From: Clostridia bacterium
GTDB taxonomy: Bacteria > Bacillota > Clostridia > Oscillospirales > CAG-272
Direction: 5' to 3'
DNA length: 59,647 nt
Assembly (NCBI GenBank): GCA_017463065.1
Contig: JAFTPX010000002.1
Coordinates: 1 to 59,647 of the forward strand
Part shown: positions 29,816 through 39,227 of the stretch, in pieces
Layout of the letters: each line of letters starts with the position of its first letter
Numbering within the stretch: the first letter of the stretch is position 1
Translations under genes and position numbers: made by a program
Notes under the pieces: model-generated
What the model saw: only the letters and a program-made list of their open reading frames with translations
Database searches by the model: none
Told to the model about the DNA's origin: nothing

Positions 29816-30118
29816 ATGATACAAGAATGTAAGTCCTGTTTGGAAGAAAACAAGGTTGAATCGGTCGAACCCTATCAATATCTTCCCGTTTTGGAAGCCC
29901 TGAGATCAGAGGCTCTGGGAGACTATGTCTCATATGGAATTCGGGTGACGCGGGAAGGAAAAGAAATCAATTTTGTGTCCGACGTTACGACGGATCGGGA
30001 GGCGATTGAGTATCTGTGCGCGATCTGTACGGAAAAAGGGTTGTCGGTCGATCATTTGATGGATGTGATTGAGGATTTTTTAGAGGAGGGAAGCTTTCAG
30101 GTAACCGAGAATTCTTGA
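29816..30118 (+). CDS. DUF6514-like small protein
   Basis: YGIRV...VSDVTTDREAIEYL...LSVDHLMDVIEDFL pattern. GGAGG RBS. Confidence 0.7.
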   Translation: MIQECKSCLEENKVESVEPYQYLPVLEALRSEALGDYVSYGIRVTREGKEINFVSDVTTDREAIEYLCAICTEKGLSVDHLMDVIEDFLEEGSFQVTENS

Positions 30119-30143
30119 CAGAAACAGAAGTCTGTGCTATAAT
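30115..30143 (+). promoter_or_regulatory. Consensus sigma-A promoter for the beta'-like ORF
   Basis: TTGACA-17-TATAAT with an extended TGn, followed by GGAGGTG RBS. Confidence 0.8.
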
Positions 30144-30181
30144 AAAGCCGAAAAGAGTCGGATGCGCTTGGAGGTGAGAGG

Positions 30182-30925
30182 ATGAGGGCAATATGGAACG
30201 GTGCCGTATTGGATGCGGTTTGCCGTGAGGGAACGGAAACGGATTTCTCCGAAGTGGAGACCTTTGCGCTTGAATTAGAGAAGGATGAGGCGTATCTCCC
30301 TTCCGATTGTTTCAGGGGCAATTACAACGTGGGGAAGGATTCCTTCGGAAGAATTTCCTTGTGCTTTCCCGTGGTTTCTCCGTGGGTTTACGCAAAAAGT
30401 GATTGTTTGTCCCGTTTGCTCGGACTTTCCCAAAAAATGCTTTGGGATATCCTCCATTGCCGTGTGGTGGTCCTTCCATCGGCGGATGGATGGGTATTTG
30501 TTCCTCTTTCGGAGTATCTGGAGATGTCTTCCAAGGAGAGGCAGGACTGTTATTTTGCTGCCCAAGCCGTCGAGCAAATGCTCAGAGGAATTGACGCGGA
30601 ACGCTTGACGAAGCTGCCGGAAGGGGAAATGCTCGGTGTTTGCGCCGATCCGCATTCGTTGATTTTGTATGCGTTGCCCGTCTTGCCCGCGGTGAAGGAG
30701 CTGCTGGATCGTCAGGATGAGCGGCTTCGCCTTTACGAGGTGAGCGATCTGACGTACCGTGTCTGGCGACGGAATCGGCATCATCAAAAATTTCTCTCTC
30801 TCAATCCACCGTTTTTGGTTTTACTGAATGAGGCGCGTATGACACAGGAGCATGCGGACCGTTTTTTCAGGGCGTTGGAAAAGAATGGTGTTACCTTTTG
30901 GGATACCGTGACGCCGAATGAATGA
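30182..30925 (+). CDS. Stand-alone RNA polymerase beta' N-terminal (clamp) domain homolog
   Basis: Ordered similarity to RpoC blocks MGHIELAAPV.HIW, GAEAIKELL..ID, PEWMIL..PVIP and [16 protein letters not shown]...[18 protein letters not shown]. Confidence 0.75.
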   Translation: MRAIWNGAVLDAVCREGTETDFSEVETFALELEKDEAYLPSDCFRGNYNVGKDSFGRISLCFPVVSPWVYAKSDCLSRLLGLSQKMLWDILHCRVVVLPSADGWVFVPLSEYLEMSSKERQDCYFAAQAVEQMLRGIDAERLTKLPEGEMLGVCADPHSLILYALPVLPAVKELLDRQDERLRLYEVSDLTYRVWRRNRHHQKFLSLNPPFLVLLNEARMTQEHADRFFRALEKNGVTFWDTVTPNE

Positions 30926-31000
30926 GAAAAGAATATCGTCCTGAAAGGGCATGGATCTCCCATCCTATGCCCAGTGATATCGACCTGAACAGATGGAATA

Positions 31001-31047
31001 AAAAAAACAATCGGGATTGTCCGTGTGACAATCCCGATTGGTTTTTG
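31001..31047. terminator. Bidirectional terminator between the beta'-like gene and ruvB
   Basis: caatcgggattgtc...gacaatcccgattg flanked by A- and T-runs. Confidence 0.8.
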
Positions 31048-31052
31048 GTTGT

Positions 31053-32132
31053 TTATTTTTCTTCGGGAAACAGTGTGATCTGTTCCGCGGGGCGTATGAT
31101 CATTTTGGGCTCGTAGGGGAGTCCGAGGTGCTCATAGGCTTGTCTGGTCACGCATCTGCCTCTGGGTGTACGACTCAAAAATCCGATCTGAAGCAGATAG
31201 GGCTCATAGACGTCCTCCAGAGTGATCGCCTCCTCTCCTACGGTTGCGGCGAGGGTTTCCAGACCAACGGGACCGCCGTCGTAAAACTTGATGATGGTTT
31301 CCAGCATCTTGCGGTCGGTGTTGTCCAAACCAAGCTGGTCGATCTCCAAGCGCTGAAGGGCAAGATTGGCGATCTGACTGTCAATAACCGCTTTTCCACT
31401 GACCTGCGCGAAATCACGGACACGCTTGAGCAAACGGTTGGCAATACGGGGCGTTCCGCGGGAACGGGACGCGATCTCGTACGCACCGTCGTCGGTAATG
31501 GCAAAGCCCAGAATCCCCGCGCTTCGGATCACAATGGTGGTCAGCTCCTCAGGGGTATAAAGCTCCAGCTTCAGCATAACCCCGAATCGGTCACGCAGAG
31601 GGGTGGTCAGCTGTCCCGCACGGGTGGTTGCGCCGATCAGGGTAAAGCGGGGCAGATCAATCCGAATACTTCTGGCGGCGGGACCCTTACCGATGATAAT
31701 ATCCAGCGCGTTGTCCTCCATAGCGGGATAGAGGATTTCCTCTACCGAACGGGACAGACGGTGAATCTCGTCGATAAACAGAACGTCACCCTCTGAGAGA
31801 TTGGTTAGAAGCGCCGCAAGATCACCTTGCTTTTCAATGGCGGGACCCGAGGTCACACGGATGTTGACTCCCATCTCTTCGGCAATGATGTTGGAAAGCG
31901 TGGTTTTTCCCAATCCGGGAGGACCATAAAGCAGGACGTGGTCCAAGCTTTCTTTGCGGATTTTTGCAGCTTCAATATAAATTTTCAGATTTTCCTTGAC
32001 CTTTTCCTGACCGATATAATCGTCCAAGGTCTTTGGGCGGAGAGAGGGCTCTCCGTTGCTGTCCTCATGAGTATAGGAGGTGGTCATGATTCGGTTTTCA
32101 AAATCAAATTCTTCAGACATATCCATGGTCAT
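31053..32132 (-). CDS. ruvB: Holliday junction branch migration helicase RuvB
   Basis: [31 protein letters not shown]. Confidence 0.98.
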   Translation of the reverse strand: MTMDMSEEFDFENRIMTTSYTHEDSNGEPSLRPKTLDDYIGQEKVKENLKIYIEAAKIRKESLDHVLLYGPPGLGKTTLSNIIAEEMGVNIRVTSGPAIEKQGDLAALLTNLSEGDVLFIDEIHRLSRSVEEILYPAMEDNALDIIIGKGPAARSIRIDLPRFTLIGATTRAGQLTTPLRDRFGVMLKLELYTPEELTTIVIRSAGILGFAITDDGAYEIASRSRGTPRIANRLLKRVRDFAQVSGKAVIDSQIANLALQRLEIDQLGLDNTDRKMLETIIKFYDGGPVGLETLAATVGEEAITLEDVYEPYLLQIGFLSRTPRGRCVTRQAYEHLGLPYEPKMIIRPAEQITLFPEEK

Positions 32133-32141
32133 TCTTCCTCC

Positions 32142-32771
32142 TTATTTCATAATTTTCTTCAGAGCGAGACGAATGATCTCGTCCAGCTCCAGTCGCTCGG
32201 TATCGATCGTGCGCAAAACGGCATAGGCTTCGTTGCGGGAATATCCCAACGCCATGAGCGCATCCTGCGCATCGGAGAGCTTGCCCGTCGCCGAGGCACC
32301 CACCTCTGCCTCCACCGAGAGAGAAGTAGGATCCATGCCGTCCAACGCGCCGCTCTTTTTGAGCTTGTCCTTCAGCTCCAGAATGATTCTTGCCGCGGTT
32401 TTTGGCCCGATTCCGTTGGCTTGCGAGATGGATTTTTTGTCGTCGGAGCAGATAGCCACGGTCAGCTTTTGTGGTGTCATTTGAGAGAGAATGGAGATTG
32501 CCGCCTTAGGACCAACCCCCGATACGGTGATCAACAGCTTGAATGCCTCCAGCTCCTCGTTGCTGCAAAAGCCGAATAGCTCCACTCCATCCTCACGGAC
32601 CGCCATATAGGTATATAGCTTGACAGATGCTTGTTTTTCCGAGGTGTTCTCCCGCTGTAGTACGCCGTAGGTGGTTTGTGATATGGTCATTTTATAGCCG
32701 ACTCCGCCCGCGTCCACAACGGCACAGCCGATGTCGAGCAGAGCCAGTCTTCCGCTGATATAGTAAAACAT
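32142..32771 (-). CDS. ruvA: Holliday junction branch migration protein RuvA
   Basis: GVGY, VREDGVELFGF, VSGVGPK, GIGPKTAARIILELK, ALMALGY. Confidence 0.96.
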   Translation of the reverse strand: MFYYISGRLALLDIGCAVVDAGGVGYKMTISQTTYGVLQRENTSEKQASVKLYTYMAVREDGVELFGFCSNEELEAFKLLITVSGVGPKAAISILSQMTPQKLTVAICSDDKKSISQANGIGPKTAARIILELKDKLKKSGALDGMDPTSLSVEAEVGASATGKLSDAQDALMALGYSRNEAYAVLRTIDTERLELDEIIRLALKKIMK

Positions 32772-35722
32772 TACTCTTCTCCTTTTTTGGGGGGGTGATC
32801 GTCGTTTGTCTCAGTGCTTTCTTGCGCTTTTTTCTTGCGCAGAAGGGACAGAAGATCCTTGACGGTTTTGCTTTTTTGGGGGTTCTCGGGGGGCAGGGCA
32901 AGCATCGCCTCATAGTCCTCGTCAAAGTCCTCCAGATTCCACAAGAGCTCGACAGGCTCCTTGGAGGGAAGGCTTTTGCGCTTTCTGCGGCGGTGAAGAA
33001 GCAGGTCGAAGACCCAGATTGCCGCAAATAAGCCCGTACCCGTCAGAGAGAGGAACAGCCCTATCCGATAGATGGTGGGGAAGTATTGAAGCTCCAAGGT
33101 GTGAGTGCCCGGGGCTTCAATGTCAAAGGCGATCAAGGCATTCATGGTTTGATAGGTTTCGATCTCAATGCCGTCCGCAAAGACCTTCCAACCCTTATCG
33201 TAGGGAATGGTGGTTTGAATCATCTGATTGTCGTTGACGGTATCAATGGTTCCGCGGAAATGATCCTCGGTATAGTCCTGAATGACAAATTGAGGATTGC
33301 TTTGAAGTGCTTCGAAGGCGGTCTTGAACGTAGCTTCGTCAATATACCAGATATAGTCATAATAATTGTACAGCTTGATATCATCCTTCAGCAGCGTAAG
33401 CGTAACCTCTACCGTTTCTCCTTTGTTGAAGTAGCCGATGGGTGCCAGATGCGTATTGTTGTTTCCGATATATTTGTTGAACAGAACCGTATCATTGACA
33501 GACAGTCGAGCCTCTGCCCTTGTTCGGTTGAAGGGGAAGAAGTAGTATTCCGCGCTGGTTGGCGCCACGAAGGTAAAGGAAACAGAAGCATCGCCGCCTT
33601 CCATGGAAATGGAATAGGTTGTCTGTGTGCCGGTGGTGCGCTTGGCGCAATACGGGGAAACGGAGGAATCGTATTCCGATACGGGTTGGAAAATATTCAT
33701 GGTTTCTTCCTCTCCGAGCATGGTGGAAACCATGGCGTTCAGGCGATCAAAGGAAGAGCCGTAATCAGTCATGTCAAACTCTTTCATTTGGGAATCTACT
33801 CCGTAAGCGAGGGAAAGAGCGTAAGGATTCTGATATGCCGCGTAATTGTCGTCGGAAAGGATTTGGGTATAATAGTGATCCAGCTTGGTGGAATCTTTGT
33901 TGTCGATCAGATATTTGATTCCGAGAAGAGAATCGTTCACGGGCGTTCCGCCGAGATACTGAGACAGATGGGAACGAGAAGCGTATCCCATGTAATTGAG
34001 GAACATAATGGTGTCGGAATTGAGGGTGGAGGTGGAATTGGATAAACCTCTCATGGCAAGTGCCATGTTGTCGTTATATTTGCGGTGAACCAGCTTTTCC
34101 ATCCGATAAAATCCGGAATCCTGCTCTTTGACCTGCTCCGTGATAGGGCGAAGCTTTCCGATAAACTCGTTGTATCCGCTGTAAGAGGAATAGGCAACGT
34201 CTCCGTCGAACTGAACCACGCAGGTCAGACCACTGCAAAAGATTTCCAAGCAAACCACCGCGGCAAGAATTCCTGCCAGACTTTCCCGTTTACGAGGATG
34301 CTTCTGACGGATCATCATACACAAAACGGTAAGCAGAGCGACGGTAGCGAGAATGGTCAGCCAGACGGTTTCCAACGTCAGCAGCTTGCTGTTGCTTTCT
34401 ACGTAGGTTTCAAATTCCAATTTATCGCAAACCGTGACGAAAAGAACGATCAGCGCGCAGACACAGAAAATAAACCGTTCTCCGATTGCCCGCAGATTTC
34501 CCATGCCCTTGTAAGCCAGCGTTAAGAGGAAGAAGGCAAGCATGAAGCTATAACGGTAATTCAACCAGTTGGGAGTTTGGAAGCCGTGCCAAATCAGATC
34601 CAAGGGGCTGAGGATAAAGCTGAGGATGAACACGCAGATGAAGAGAAGCGACGCGATTTTTTCTCTCGACTGAATTTTCCTCGAAAGAAAATATACGGGA
34701 ACGAGGATAAGGGGAAGAATGCCGCAATACACAAAGGGAAGCCCCTCGGGGCGAACCGTGTCGTAAGAGCCGGGGAGGAATTTTGTGAAAAAGTCGAGAA
34801 ATTCAAATTTTTGTTGGATTGCCCAGCTGGGATTGGAAAAATCGTTTTTACCGAAGCTCAGAGAATAATACGCACCCAAAATAACAAATGCCGAAATCGC
34901 CGCCGCAATCAGGGCGAAAACACCCAGACGCGTTGCGGAACGGATGAAGTGAAGCTTTTCTCCTCTGGGATTCAGCTCGTCCTTGGAGTGAGCAAAATAA
35001 TAGTAGAAAAAGTACAGCACCACGTAGATGCACACCATGTAGCCAATGTAATAATTGCTCATCATCGTCAGCGCCAGGGAGATTACGAAAAGCTTATATC
35101 GGCGATTGGTAATGAGCTGTTCGATGGCATACGTCAGAATCGGAAGCCAGATCAGCGCGTCGATCCACATCATGTTGTTTTGGTGAACCACCGCATAGGC
35201 GCAAAGGGCGTACATGACGGAAAATGCCACAGTGACGACCTTGTTGGGATGGGCGGAGCTCTTGTGGAGATAGAATCCGAAGCTGAAGCCGCAAAGACCA
35301 ACCTTCAATAGGATAATGACCAGCAATGCCTCCAGAATTCGGGACTGAGGAAAGAGCGCGACGATGTAGGAAAGGGGACTGGCGAGATAGTAGGCGTACA
35401 TCCCCATAAATTCGCCGCCCAACGCGCGGAAGAAGGTATATAACAGACTGCCTTCACCGTACACCGTGTTGCGCAACGCCTCAAAGAAATAGACGTATTG
35501 TCCGTTCAGATCCAATACCAGTACCGATCCGTTCCCAAAGGGATGAATTTCCATGGCAAGATAGATCAGATACATGATGACGGCGGGAACGAAAAAGCAA
35601 TAAGCCAGATAGGAGGAAGGGGACGAGGCTATTTTTTCTTGGATTCGCAGGAGTGCCGCTCTCGGCTGCTTGAATGGGGTGCGTTTGCTTTGCTTGGTTT
35701 CTTGTTTTTTTTCACGGTTCAT
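32771..35722 (-). CDS. YfhO family membrane protein (GT-C type)
   Basis: DLNGQY, YYLASP, WHGFQTPNWLNYRYSF, TIPYDKGW, multiple TM helices. Confidence 0.85.
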   Translation of the reverse strand: MNREKKQETKQSKRTPFKQPRAALLRIQEKIASSPSSYLAYCFFVPAVIMYLIYLAMEIHPFGNGSVLVLDLNGQYVYFFEALRNTVYGEGSLLYTFFRALGGEFMGMYAYYLASPLSYIVALFPQSRILEALLVIILLKVGLCGFSFGFYLHKSSAHPNKVVTVAFSVMYALCAYAVVHQNNMMWIDALIWLPILTYAIEQLITNRRYKLFVISLALTMMSNYYIGYMVCIYVVLYFFYYYFAHSKDELNPRGEKLHFIRSATRLGVFALIAAAISAFVILGAYYSLSFGKNDFSNPSWAIQQKFEFLDFFTKFLPGSYDTVRPEGLPFVYCGILPLILVPVYFLSRKIQSREKIASLLFICVFILSFILSPLDLIWHGFQTPNWLNYRYSFMLAFFLLTLAYKGMGNLRAIGERFIFCVCALIVLFVTVCDKLEFETYVESNSKLLTLETVWLTILATVALLTVLCMMIRQKHPRKRESLAGILAAVVCLEIFCSGLTCVVQFDGDVAYSSYSGYNEFIGKLRPITEQVKEQDSGFYRMEKLVHRKYNDNMALAMRGLSNSTSTLNSDTIMFLNYMGYASRSHLSQYLGGTPVNDSLLGIKYLIDNKDSTKLDHYYTQILSDDNYAAYQNPYALSLAYGVDSQMKEFDMTDYGSSFDRLNAMVSTMLGEEETMNIFQPVSEYDSSVSPYCAKRTTGTQTTYSISMEGGDASVSFTFVAPTSAEYYFFPFNRTRAEARLSVNDTVLFNKYIGNNNTHLAPIGYFNKGETVEVTLTLLKDDIKLYNYYDYIWYIDEATFKTAFEALQSNPQFVIQDYTEDHFRGTIDTVNDNQMIQTTIPYDKGWKVFADGIEIETYQTMNALIAFDIEAPGTHTLELQYFPTIYRIGLFLSLTGTGLFAAIWVFDLLLHRRRKRKSLPSKEPVELLWNLEDFDEDYEAMLALPPENPQKSKTVKDLLSLLRKKKAQESTETNDDHPPKKGEE

Positions 35723-35933
35723 GATGAGGCGCTCCTTGTTGAGAAAACTCTGAATAAACTTTTTTGGTTGCTTTTTCAAGCTTGATGCGGTCAATTACCA
35801 TATCTCTGCCGCACCCCATACAAACGATTCGCATTTCGCTTCCCACACGCAGAATTTTAAACTGCTTGGAGCCGCAGGGATGGGGCTTCTTCAATTCCAC
35901 AACGTCATTGAGTTTGTATTTTATAATTTCCAT
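35712..35933 (-). CDS. DUF951 family protein
   Basis: DVVELKKPHPCG...RVGSEMRIVCMGCGR. Confidence 0.9.
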   Translation of the reverse strand: MEIIKYKLNDVVELKKPHPCGSKQFKILRVGSEMRIVCMGCGRDMVIDRIKLEKATKKVYSEFSQQGAPHHEP

Positions 35934-36028
35934 AAAATCACCATTTTAATTTTTTATAATTTTATTTTACCACATTATCAATATTTTGTAAATATGTATT
36001 CAAAATTTTACAAATTGATAAATTCTGT

Positions 36029-36057
36029 TTGACTTGGAGGAGGAATTGTGATATAAT
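36029..36057 (+). promoter_or_regulatory. Sigma-A promoter for the ruvC operon
   Basis: TTGACT-17-TATAAT with an extended TGn. Confidence 0.7.
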
Positions 36058-36086
36058 GTAATTTAAGATATTTTAAGGAGGCGGAA

Positions 36087-36587
36087 ATGGTTATACTGGG
36101 AATTGATCCCGGACTGGCAATCGTCGGATGGGGTGTGGTCGATTATACGGGCTCCCGTTTTCGCACCTTGGGATACGGATCGATTGAGACTCCCGCGGGT
36201 ATGGAGACCGAGCAGAGACTCTCCTTGATCTATGATGGGATCAAGAAGCTGATCGAAACCTATCACCCCGAGCATATCGCGGTGGAGGAACTGTTTTTTA
36301 ACACCAACCAGACGACGGGTATCCGTGTGGCGGAGGCTCGCGGGGTGATTATTATGTGCGCATACCGAATGGGACTGAAGGTGTTTGAATATACCCCCCT
36401 TCAGGTGAAGCAAGCCGTGGTGGGATACGGACGGGCGGAAAAGAAGCAGGTGATCACCATGGTCACCATGTTTTTGGGACTCCCCAAGCCTCCGAAGCCC
36501 GACGATACCGCGGATGCGTTGGCGATTGCGGTATGTCACGCCCATTCGGGGACCTCCAGATTGGCGGGCTATTATAATAAAAAATAA
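36087..36587 (+). CDS. ruvC: Crossover junction endodeoxyribonuclease RuvC
   Basis: ILGIDPG, VEELFF, YTPLQVK, DDTADALAIA. Confidence 0.96.
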   Translation: MVILGIDPGLAIVGWGVVDYTGSRFRTLGYGSIETPAGMETEQRLSLIYDGIKKLIETYHPEHIAVEELFFNTNQTTGIRVAEARGVIIMCAYRMGLKVFEYTPLQVKQAVVGYGRAEKKQVITMVTMFLGLPKPPKPDDTADALAIAVCHAHSGTSRLAGYYNKK

Positions 36588-36599
36588 GGCGGAAAGACT

Positions 36600-37460
36600 A
36601 TGTGGATTGCGGATCAATGGAAGGATTATGAATTGTTGGATGCTTCGGACGGAGAACGGCTGGAGCGTTGGGGAGACTATATTTTGCGACGCCCCGATCC
36701 GCAGATCATCTGGAAGAGCGGATCAAAGGACTGCTCGTGGAATGTTGCGGACGGTATTTACAAGCGCTCCTCCAAGGGCGGCGGAGGGTGGATCAAAAAC
36801 GACCTTCCCGAGCAATGGAACATCGGATACGGCAGATTGCGGTTCGTGTTAAAGCCCATGGGCTTTAAGCATACGGGGCTCTTTCCCGAGCAAGCGGCAA
36901 ACTGGGATTGGTTCTCTGGGCTGATCGCCAAAGCGAATCGTCCCATTAAGGTATTGAATCTGTTTGCCTATACGGGAGGCGCGACGGTTGCCGCGGCGGC
37001 GGCAGGTGCCGCGGTGGTTCACGTGGATGCCGCCAAGGGAATGGTGGCGCAGGCAAAGGAAAATGCGGCACTCTCGGGGCTGGCGGATGCGCCCATTCGC
37101 TATATCGTGGACGATTGTAAAAAATTCGTGGAGAGAGAAATTCGTCGCGGCAATCACTACGATGGAATCATTATGGACCCGCCTTCCTATGGCAGGGGTC
37201 CTTCGGGTGAGGTCTGGAAGATCGAGGAGAGTGTGGACGAGCTGGTTTCCCTGAGCGCAAAGCTGTTGTCGAAGGAGCCGTTGTTCTTCTTGATCAATTC
37301 CTATACGACGGGACTTTCTCCCATGGCAATGCAGTACATTTTAGGACTGAAGGTGGCATCTGTGTACGGCGGCAAGATGGAAGCGGGAGAGCTTGGCTTG
37401 CGGGCAACCTCCACGGGACTTTGCATTCCTTGCGGTGCCAGCGCGAGATGGTATCTTTGA
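36600..37460 (+). CDS. Class I SAM-dependent methyltransferase (RlmI/RlmK-like)
   Basis: KHTGLFPEQ, VLNLFAYTG, MDPPSY. Confidence 0.88.
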   Translation: MWIADQWKDYELLDASDGERLERWGDYILRRPDPQIIWKSGSKDCSWNVADGIYKRSSKGGGGWIKNDLPEQWNIGYGRLRFVLKPMGFKHTGLFPEQAANWDWFSGLIAKANRPIKVLNLFAYTGGATVAAAAAGAAVVHVDAAKGMVAQAKENAALSGLADAPIRYIVDDCKKFVEREIRRGNHYDGIIMDPPSYGRGPSGEVWKIEESVDELVSLSAKLLSKEPLFFLINSYTTGLSPMAMQYILGLKVASVYGGKMEAGELGLRATSTGLCIPCGASARWYL

Positions 37461-37480
37461 GTTTATAAAACAGAACGAAT

Positions 37481-38356
37481 GTGGTGAATATGAAAGAGCC
37501 TTTTATCAAAACGGAACAGCTTTCCTATCGATATGAAAATTCCGAGCTGGGAGACGCGCGGGTATTGCGGGATCTTTCCTTGGAAATTATGGAGGGAGAG
37601 TTTGTGGCGGTTCTCGGACATAACGGTTCGGGAAAATCCACGCTTGCTAAGCTTTTGAATATGATTCTGACCCCTACAAGCGGAAAAATCTACGTGGCGG
37701 GGACGGATATTACGGATGAGAACATGACCGATGAGGACGTGCTTGCACTCCGTAAGAATATGGGAATTGTGTTTCAGAATCCGGATAACCAGTTAGTTGC
37801 GACGATCGTGGAGGATGACGTAGCATTCGGACCCGAAAATCTGGGGATTCCCTCGGAGGAGATCCGTCAGCGGGTGGATCGGGTGCTGGGCGACGTTGGT
37901 ATGCTGGCTTACGCCAAGCACGAGCCCCATCGCCTGTCGGGAGGACAGAAGCAAAGAGTAGCGATTGCGGGAATCATGGCAATGCGCCCTAAGTGCATTA
38001 TTTTCGATGAGTCTACCGCCATGCTGGATCCCCTTGGACGAAAAGAGGTCATGGATGCCATCGTTCACTTGAATCGGGAACAGCACATAACGGTTATTAT
38101 GATCACCCACTATATGGAGGAAGCGGCACTTGCCGACCGTATCGTTGTATTGAATGACGGAAGCGTGCTGTTGGACGGAACGCCATCCTACGTCTTTGCG
38201 CACGAGGAGCTTTTGCGTTCCTGTGGCTTGAGTGTGCCTCAGTGTACGGAGCTGGTTCACCGTTTGCGTGAAAACGGAATCGAGCTGAGCGGGGATTGCG
38301 TGTTCCCTGAGCAATGCGCCGCGTTGATTTTAGAATCGTTGAATAAGGAACAGTAA
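37481..38356 (+). CDS. ecfA1: ECF transporter ATPase A1
   Basis: GHNGSGKST, FQNPDNQ, LSGGQKQR, DESTAMLD. Confidence 0.93.
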   Translation: MVNMKEPFIKTEQLSYRYENSELGDARVLRDLSLEIMEGEFVAVLGHNGSGKSTLAKLLNMILTPTSGKIYVAGTDITDENMTDEDVLALRKNMGIVFQNPDNQLVATIVEDDVAFGPENLGIPSEEIRQRVDRVLGDVGMLAYAKHEPHRLSGGQKQRVAIAGIMAMRPKCIIFDESTAMLDPLGRKEVMDAIVHLNREQHITVIMITHYMEEAALADRIVVLNDGSVLLDGTPSYVFAHEELLRSCGLSVPQCTELVHRLRENGIELSGDCVFPEQCAALILESLNKEQ

Positions 38357-38358
38357 CT

Positions 38359-39210
38359 ATGGCAGAAATTAAGCTGGAAAAATTAAGTTATTTCCACGGA
38401 AAAGATACCCCTTACGAGATCAAGGCGTTGGACAGTGTCAATCTGATCGTTCCCAAGGGAATGATTACGGGATTGATCGGGCATACGGGCTCGGGAAAAT
38501 CCACCTTGGTACAAATGTTTAACGGGATTTTGCGTCCCAATGAGGGGAGAGTACTGCTTGACGGAACGGATATCTGGGACAAGCCCAAGCAGATTCGTCA
38601 GGTTCGGTTTCGGGTCGGTCTGGTTATGCAGTATCCAGAATACCAGTTGTTTGAGGAAACGGTGGCAAAGGACATTGCCTTCGGTCCTAAAAACATGGGG
38701 CTGTCCGAGGAGGAGATCCGCGTGCGGGTCGAGGAAGCGGCGGCATTCGTGGGACTGGATGCGTCCTTGCTGAGCAAGTCTCCCTTTGATCTTTCGGGGG
38801 GACAGAAGCGTCGAGCCGCCATCGCGGGGATTATCGCCATGCGCCCCGACGTGCTGGTGCTGGACGAGCCCGCAGCGGGCTTGGACCCGAGAGGCAGAGA
38901 AGAGATCTTCTCCAATATCGTGGAGTATCATGAAAAGAGCGGAAGCACCGTGGTGATCGTCAGCCACAGCATGGAAGATATGGCTCGTTACTGCGATAAC
39001 CTGATTGTCATGAACGAAGGAAAGATTTGGATGCAGGGAGATCGGGATTATATCTTCTCCCGTTCGGAGAAGCTGAGAGAGATCGGTCTGGATATCCCGC
39101 AGGTTACGAAGCTGATGCTTCTATTGAAGGCGCAAGGCGTGGACGTGGACGGCGGTATTTATACCGTAGAGCAAGCGCTGGAGTGCATGTTAAAAATATA
39201 CGGAAGATGA
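38359..39210 (+). CDS. ecfA2: ECF transporter ATPase A2
   Basis: GHTGSGKST, QYPEYQLFEETV, SPFDLSGGQKRR. Confidence 0.93.
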   Translation: MAEIKLEKLSYFHGKDTPYEIKALDSVNLIVPKGMITGLIGHTGSGKSTLVQMFNGILRPNEGRVLLDGTDIWDKPKQIRQVRFRVGLVMQYPEYQLFEETVAKDIAFGPKNMGLSEEEIRVRVEEAAAFVGLDASLLSKSPFDLSGGQKRRAAIAGIIAMRPDVLVLDEPAAGLDPRGREEIFSNIVEYHEKSGSTVVIVSHSMEDMARYCDNLIVMNEGKIWMQGDRDYIFSRSEKLREIGLDIPQVTKLMLLLKAQGVDVDGGIYTVEQALECMLKIYGR

Positions 39211-39227
39211 TGGTTGAGCGTTAAAAC

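Noticed and set aside
28379-30925. Prophage or ICE
   Set aside because: No integrase, excisionase, structural, replication or conjugation genes, and no att repeats seen.
30182-30925. The true rpoC gene, or a cyanobacterial-style split rpoC1
   Set aside because: Too short and divergent. It lacks the Zn-binding cysteines and the NADFDGD motif, and there is no adjacent rpoB or remainder of rpoC.
30922-31116. 64-aa ORF overlapping the stop of the beta'-like gene
   Set aside because: It runs through the terminator hairpin into the ruvB 3' end and shows no similarity to the continuation of RpoC.
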